DNA of 58,484 nucleotides, the filler included, from Platydemus manokwari (taxonomy: Eukaryota): the NCBI GenBank assembly GCA_037951405.1. It is 5 parts of 5 records of this genome, joined end to end, with 100 filler letters (N's around TTAATTAATTAA, not from the genome) between each part and the next. Parts side by side here need not be neighbours in the genome. Positions count along the whole stretch, not along the records: positions 46,713 to 58,484 come from JBBMOY010473332.1; 4 more parts are not named here. One strand, written 5' to 3'. Below, one piece after another: positions 52,520 to 58,484 of this stretch; within the stretch, counting starts at the first letter, position 1, and each line of letters starts with the position of its first letter. Both the position numbers and the translations under genes were made by a program. The notes under the pieces are model-generated. The model ran no database searches and was not told the origin of the DNA. It worked only from the letters and a program-made list of their open reading frames with translations.

Positions 52520-52790
52520 GCAAGTTACACATGGATCAATTATCAAAACATTAAAAATATTTATTGTTATAATCCTTCAGATTCGACTTCAAAATGAATC
52601 TGCTTTAAATAATCCATAAATCCTTCCCGTATATTTTCCAGTCTTCTTTTGAAATTGAAATATTAATTATTTGAGCTTTTTTAAATCAATTTTTAGCAAC
52701 TTCTGATGTAATTTAATATCCAATTTCATATTTTAGAATATGGCGCTTTCTTATTAACTGGAAAACTTAAACTTTTCATCCGTTTCTCCT
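52520..52790 (-). pseudogene. Possible Maverick-type integrase N-terminal remnant
   Basis: Frame-hopping reading ITSEVAKN*FKK...NFKRR...IYGLFKAD...NLKDYNNKYF..LIID resembles the VK.WL...NFKRR...G....FQADL..M..L..YN..YKYIL.VID pattern. Heavily decayed. Confidence 0.3.
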
Positions 52791-54902
52791 TATTCATTGA
52801 TGTGATTTATTTTAAAGATTTATTGTTAAAAATATCTAAATATTGTAACACTTTTGTCAAAGCATTTTGTGTTTCAAGATGCGCATTATACAAGGAAGAG
52901 TTAACAAAAAAAATAATTAAAGAGATTTTAAGGTAATGATAATAATACTTATTATTAAACCTTATAGTGACATTAATTATAAAAGATTCTTTTCTTTGCC
53001 AATAATTTTTCGTTTATGATTAAAGTATTAATAACAAAAATCAGAGAAAAAATGAAATTACCTTTATTATTTGGCGAAAAAGATAATAAATTTAAACAGG
53101 TTATAAAGAAATTATTTAGCAAATTTTCTCGGCTGTTTTACCGGATTAAAAAAAACTCACTCTATTAGGAATAAATAAAGTTATGTCCGATGGTAAAATA
53201 CATAATTACCTGCAATTTCCTTTTTAAATTTAATTTATGATTTTTAAACAAGAATTTTAAACTTCGAAGAAGCGAAAGTAATCTTAAGATCCTGAAATGT
53301 TTAGTACAGAATTATTATATTTGGATTTTTTGAAACAATGTGAAATTTCTAAGCAATACTATAACAATAGATTGTATAACCAAATGATAAAAAATGAAAG
53401 ACATGATAAAAATATTACAAAATTATAAATGATTCGATTGATCCATAGGATAAATATATAAACTAAAAATGACTTGCAATGCTTTCGAAGCAAAAATATT
53501 TACCATCCAAGATGGAATATCTACTCAAAAATCGAAATACACAAAGTTGATTTTCAAAAATAAATAAATGCCGTTAATAAGCTGATTTTTGGAAACACAG
53601 AAATGTGTATTACAGCAAACTACTCAAGTTAAGAAAATAGGTATTTTGACCATAATTTAATTTAAATATAATCACATTTGTAAATTTCATTTCCATTGTT
53701 CTTTATTGTATAAATGTCTTGGTGTTTTGGATTGACAAAGCACTATGAATGGTTAACATTACCATGTTGATAACCGAGATTTAAAAGGTAAATGTAACCA
53801 TATAAACGATTGAGCGGGGCCTAATCATAATCAATTACATATTAAATAAGTCATTAAGCGTTAATTTTATCTTTATATTTTAATTATTGCTAATATTTTT
53901 GTAACCCATCGGTTGTGGACTGGAAATAAGAAGCAAACGCTATATCGACAAATTTTGTATCTTAATGAATAAATTAATTTCTTTAATTTAACTTATATAA
54001 AAAATTTAATATTTTGTGTTAGTTGAGTTTCGCTTTGTGTGACTCAGTGTAAGTAAAAGTAAAACTATTTCAGATATCTTAGGGACAAAACAGAATTGTT
54101 AAATTTGGTTCTTATTCTAATAATATTACAATTCTTATATTTGTGACATCACCGTCTACATGATTCTTTTCGTTTACAAGAAATCTTAATAGGATTTTCA
54201 CAAATACATATTTCCAACCGAGGTATCCAATCTGTTAATAAAAATTAATATGTTTTTCGATTGTAAATCGACGTACTAAACTCTTGACATGTTTAATAAT
54301 ATTATATTAATTGTTCTTATGAAATAATTGTAAAATTTTAGAGTATCTTTCCAATTTGTTCTGGTTTTAAACAGAACGGGTATTGACTATTTTAATTTGA
54401 TATGCTTTGACCTGCTTTTCAAATAACCATTTTCAATGAGATTTTAAACCTCCAATTTATTTAATTATCGAATCAATTCATGAATAAAGTAATAAGATAA
54501 TAGCAAAAATATCTGCTGAACACAATTATTATCTTTTCCCATTATCCCTATTAACAATGGTCTAATTTCATATTGAAATGATAATGTATGTGTGAATGAA
54601 AATGTTATGAGAATAAATTATAACGAAACAAATTCCTTCATTTTACATTGTCTCTCAAGATTTTTCCATTAGCAAGAATAATGGTTAGATAATTATACAA
54701 TAAATATATTATAATTAAAAATATAAATTATTAAATCGACGAATTATTATTGAAAACTTAAATTTTTAAAATATGATCAGTTCTACGTTGTGGTAGTTCG
54801 AGATAAATCAAATGGTCTTCTCTCCTACCTTAACCCTGAAAGTGGTCATTGAAGTAAAAATAATGAAAACAAGCTATCATTATATATAAATATACATCTA
54901 AC

Positions 54903-57059
54903 CAAGAATTCTGCCACTTCTATACGGGATTGGAGAACATGTTAAATATGTCAGTTGGTTTTTCCGTCTCATATCCGGCTTATCTGGTTTGCTCATAAAG
55001 AGATTATTTGTTATAGCATTTGAAGGTAGCGGTATTCGCATAATTCCCCCAACACGGTTTAGTTGCAGCTGATTTGTGGAAGAATCTGTTATCGTGTGAT
55101 AATTCGACCCATTTTCTTTATATGGTGAAGAACTCCGTCGATTAGATTTCTCACACCAGTTTCTGTGCTGAAATTCAAATTGTTAAAACCAAACATATTC
55201 ATCCAATAGGCCTTATTACATAATAAAACCGTGAATTGTGAGTAATATCAGACATGTTTCGGGAATATTTGGTAAATTTCCTTTTAGGTTGACTCGGTTT
55301 ATCTACAAGATCTTATAATACCACTTTAAGTATAACAATGAAACCAGAACAATATTTTGGAATAACATCAAAATTAATTATATATTATCACCTACATAAT
55401 TATGTTAATTCGGTTGAAAATTTTTATATTGTTTCACTTTATTTTTTTTAATCAATAGAAAACATAATTTGATAAACTGCAATATGAAGAACCGAGTGAC
55501 CCAGATGAAATCGATGATCAAATTGAGAAAGCTCTGTTGCTAATGAACAATCCCAGTCAATTAACCACGAAATTCTCGCCGAATAACCAAACAAGACAAT
55601 CCATAGGAAAGAAAGAGAAAATGTGAAGCAAAACTGTGATACATGCAGAAACATATTTGCCAGTAACTATTATCAAACTATTCAACCCTTCATTTCTTCA
55701 TAGATTATCTTAACCTGTTATGTTCTTATAAAAATTTAAGGAAACTCATTTACTTCAAATAAAATCTGCAGAATTCACGATTTATTTTAAATAAAATTTG
55801 AAATAATAACTAGTCTATGTTGAGGCATACTCATAAAACGGCTCATATAGGTCTAACTAATAGGTCCAATAGCTTTCCATTTCAAGAACTATAAATTCTT
55901 CTTTGAAAATATGAATAGATTTCAGGAATCACAATACTGTCATATTTGTGAGAACATGGTCTTTAGGAACTACTCTACTGTATTCAAATAATTAAAACTA
56001 CCATAACAGCTTCTTTCTTATTTTTAAAAAACAACTTTCATAATTCTATTTAAAATTTGAAAAACATTTGATAAGAATGTTTAAATCATTAAGATACGAA
56101 AGGTTTTCAAATTATGTCCTCCAGTTTTTAGGGGAAAATAAGCTATTTTATCACAACTTGAAAACTACTTACAAACAGTGAGTAAATATCGGATTCCGTT
56201 GCAAAGGTCATAAATAACAAACAAGACTGATAATATTAGGGTTAGACATGAAGATGATTACAAAAATTCGTTTAAAACCACTAAAAATTTAGTCTAATAA
56301 TCGAAATATATTTTTCAAAAATTTTAATTCAGTAATTAATTGAATGATTGTTTCCATCCTATTTATCTGGTTTCAGTGTTAAAAATAGTTTTAAAAAATT
56401 GAGTTAAAGACCTTTATGAAGACTTGTACCACCACCAGCAGCACCAAAATTGAATCCAGCATATTTATGAGGCATTAAATTAACATCGTTCTTTAATTGA
56501 TTGTTACAGGAAAGTTGATCAACTTTCTAGAAAACATTGTCATCACAATCAAATGGAATGAAATGATCATTTTTTATTCGTAATCAAACCTCATGACATG
56601 CAAATATTTTGGTTTAATATTGTTTATTTTCATGCACAAATTTAACATATCATGCCACAATAACCTTATCAGCAGGTTCAGAAGTGTGAAAATTTTGTAA
56701 AACTGTCAATTTTAAGGCTGTATTACTAAATATAAATAACATTTCATTATGTTCTTCATGGTTAAAAAAGTATTCCAACAACAAACCGAAAGTTATTAAT
56801 TAGCGAATGTATTTCAGATTTCGATAGATTACGCAACAGGTTACCATTAATTGACACTACTCCATCGCCATCTCTCAATCCAGCTGCTTCAGCTGGACTA
56901 TTTTTAACAACATTTGTAATAATAACAACATAAGTATTCATTGTATCTAGTTGTGATGTTGTTACGATATTTAAGAATGAAATCCATACCTGGTGTTTTG
57001 AAATTAAAATTGTAACCATTATCAGTCCAGGGAATTATGATTCGCCTAAGATTTTCCAT
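54903..57059 (-). CDS. 5' exons of a PDZ-domain protein gene
   Basis: ATG at 57059. Exon 57059-56990 (MENLRRIIIPWTDNGYNFNFKTP; GYNF is the carboxylate-loop equivalent), a 43-nt intron, then an exon from 56946 (DTMNTYVVIITNVVKNSPAEAAGLRDGDGVVSINGNLLRNLSKSEIHSLINNFR) followed by NTALKLTVLQ. Further open exons at approximately 56527-56430, 55302-55220 and 55167-54903. Confidence 0.75.
55470..55940 (+). pseudogene. Decayed Penelope-like retroelement 3' fragment (RT thumb to GIY-YIG endonuclease), intronic
   Basis: Contains PDEIDDQIEKALL, then KQNCDTC, LIYF, VYVEAYS and PIAFHFKNYKFFFENM in the order expected for PLE CxxC...NVIY...YVG.T...PVA.HF...H.F motifs. Several frameshifts. Confidence 0.45.
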
Positions 57060-57564
57060 TAATACTTAATAAACATTGAAAATTTTAATCCGTTTAAATT
57101 ATTAACATAGTTTTTGTAAGATAAATTTAGATTTTGGTTTAGAAAAACAAATAAATTAATCAATAAATAATCGTCAGAAAACTTGAATATAACATAAGGC
57201 TGTTATGATATTATTTGGCTTAGAAAATATCGATTAAATATAATTGTTTCTTAAAGAATAAGATTTTCACATTTTGAAAGAAATAATATATCAATTTTAA
57301 ATTTCATTTACATTGTTGCTTGTTCTTTATTTACATCACTAAAATTTATAATTCAGTTTTTCTATACATTAGTTGTGAAAGATGCCTATGTAGACAGCCC
57401 TTTACTTAATAAATGTTAATCTGTTCGCTGAGATGACTAATTTCAACATTTAAAATATGGCATTTAAAGTAGTAAAAAACAAAAGTTTTGAGTTGTATAT
57501 TTGTATTAATTTCATAAGAGAATATTCTTAACAAATATTTTTGACCTTGTTGATTATCTTAATA

Positions 57565-57700
57565 TATCCAGTAGGATCCTAAAATACTATTATTAACTTT
57601 GTCTTGTTTGACACATACTGTAGGGCCACTTGGGAAAGTATGACATTTTTTAGAGCAACAGGTATTACAATCACTAACTGCCCAGAAGTTTCCTTTACCT
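57565..57700 (-). pseudogene. Possible Gypsy integrase zinc-binding-region remnant
   Basis: QLVIVIPVALKNVILSQ / SGPTVCVKQDKVNNSILGSYW resembles LVIP..LR..IL...H..P..GH.G..KT...I...Y.W. Confidence 0.3.
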
Positions 57701-58484
57701 TCGATAATCAATATAATATTTTAGTTTTTCAAACTTACATTCCAAAGTAAAGGGAAATACGCTCTTCACGATTATAAAATATAAGAATAAAATAATCAAC
57801 AATTTCATTGAAAATTGATAAATACTATAGATCCACAAAAACAATATAATAACGATTTTATTAGGAGGGGATTTATTTATAAGATTTACTTAGAGTTAAT
57901 TACATTAACTAGTGATAATCTAGGTACTTGGTAATAGTACCTGACTGTTTGAATCAAACGCAAAAAATTCTGACTTATTTTCAAAGTATATTCCAAATTT
58001 TACTTGTTCTATTGTTCATAAAATATGTTTAATGATAAGTTATTAACGATAATAAATTTAGGATTCAGGTGTACTCCAAACAGTATTAGATATTTTTACA
58101 AATAATACAATTATAATTCGAAGATATAATAGATGACAATTGTATACTGAATTAATTCATACGAATAAATGATACACAAACTTTTTAGCCGAACAAGTTT
58201 CACGAATAGGAACAAATCACATAAGAGAGTTTAACACTTTAAAGCTGAGTAGATTTCTTCAATAAGTTACTGATCAAAAAGATTGGTGAGTTGCTTTGTC
58301 AGCTAGCTCTATTTGTACTTGAAATTTGATCTGTCATGATCAGAGTGCTCATCTTTGCTTACTATTTTATATTCACTGTTCATATTTTATTCGAATGAAT
58401 TTGATTGTTAAGCTCGCGATTTCTTAGTTTGCATTGGATCACTAGATCATTTATACTCATTTGCTTGTCTGTACCAGTCATATA

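Noticed and set aside
1-58484. Prokaryotic systems, CRISPR arrays, rRNA or tRNA genes
   Set aside because: The sequence is intron-containing animal DNA. No repeat-spacer arrays, operons or cloverleaf/rRNA signatures were seen by eye.

Overview
This is very AT-rich eukaryotic (animal) genomic DNA with short GT-AG introns (mostly about 43-100 nt). It is assembled across four synthetic 100-bp gap linkers (N44-TTAATTAATTAA-N44) and one plain N gap. Two host genes are well supported: (i) a minus-strand paired-domain-only Pax gene whose [15 protein letters not shown]...[15 protein letters not shown] signature matches the spiralian-restricted Pax-beta class, and (ii) a plus-strand, multi-exon MAST-family Ser/Thr kinase (DUF1908 + AGC kinase + PDZ). 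Less certain are a small secreted single-Ig-domain gene and a minus-strand PDZ(+PH) gene. The rest is a layered transposon graveyard: a decayed Ty3/Gypsy element with an LTR and PPT nested inside a Maverick/Polinton-type protein-primed PolB remnant, further Maverick-like, Tc1/mariner, Penelope and Gypsy fragments, a hAT MITE with an 8-bp TSD, a 4-copy TIR family, a tandem ~360-390 bp repeat family and long AAT-type microsatellites. I saw no rRNA, tRNA or CRISPR. I found no demonstrably new biological system. The best leads are Pax-beta, the dispersed Maverick relics, an LTR with non-canonical TA..TA ends, an X-box-flanked orphan gene and the orphan Ig gene. All family assignments come from motif recognition by eye, not from database searches.
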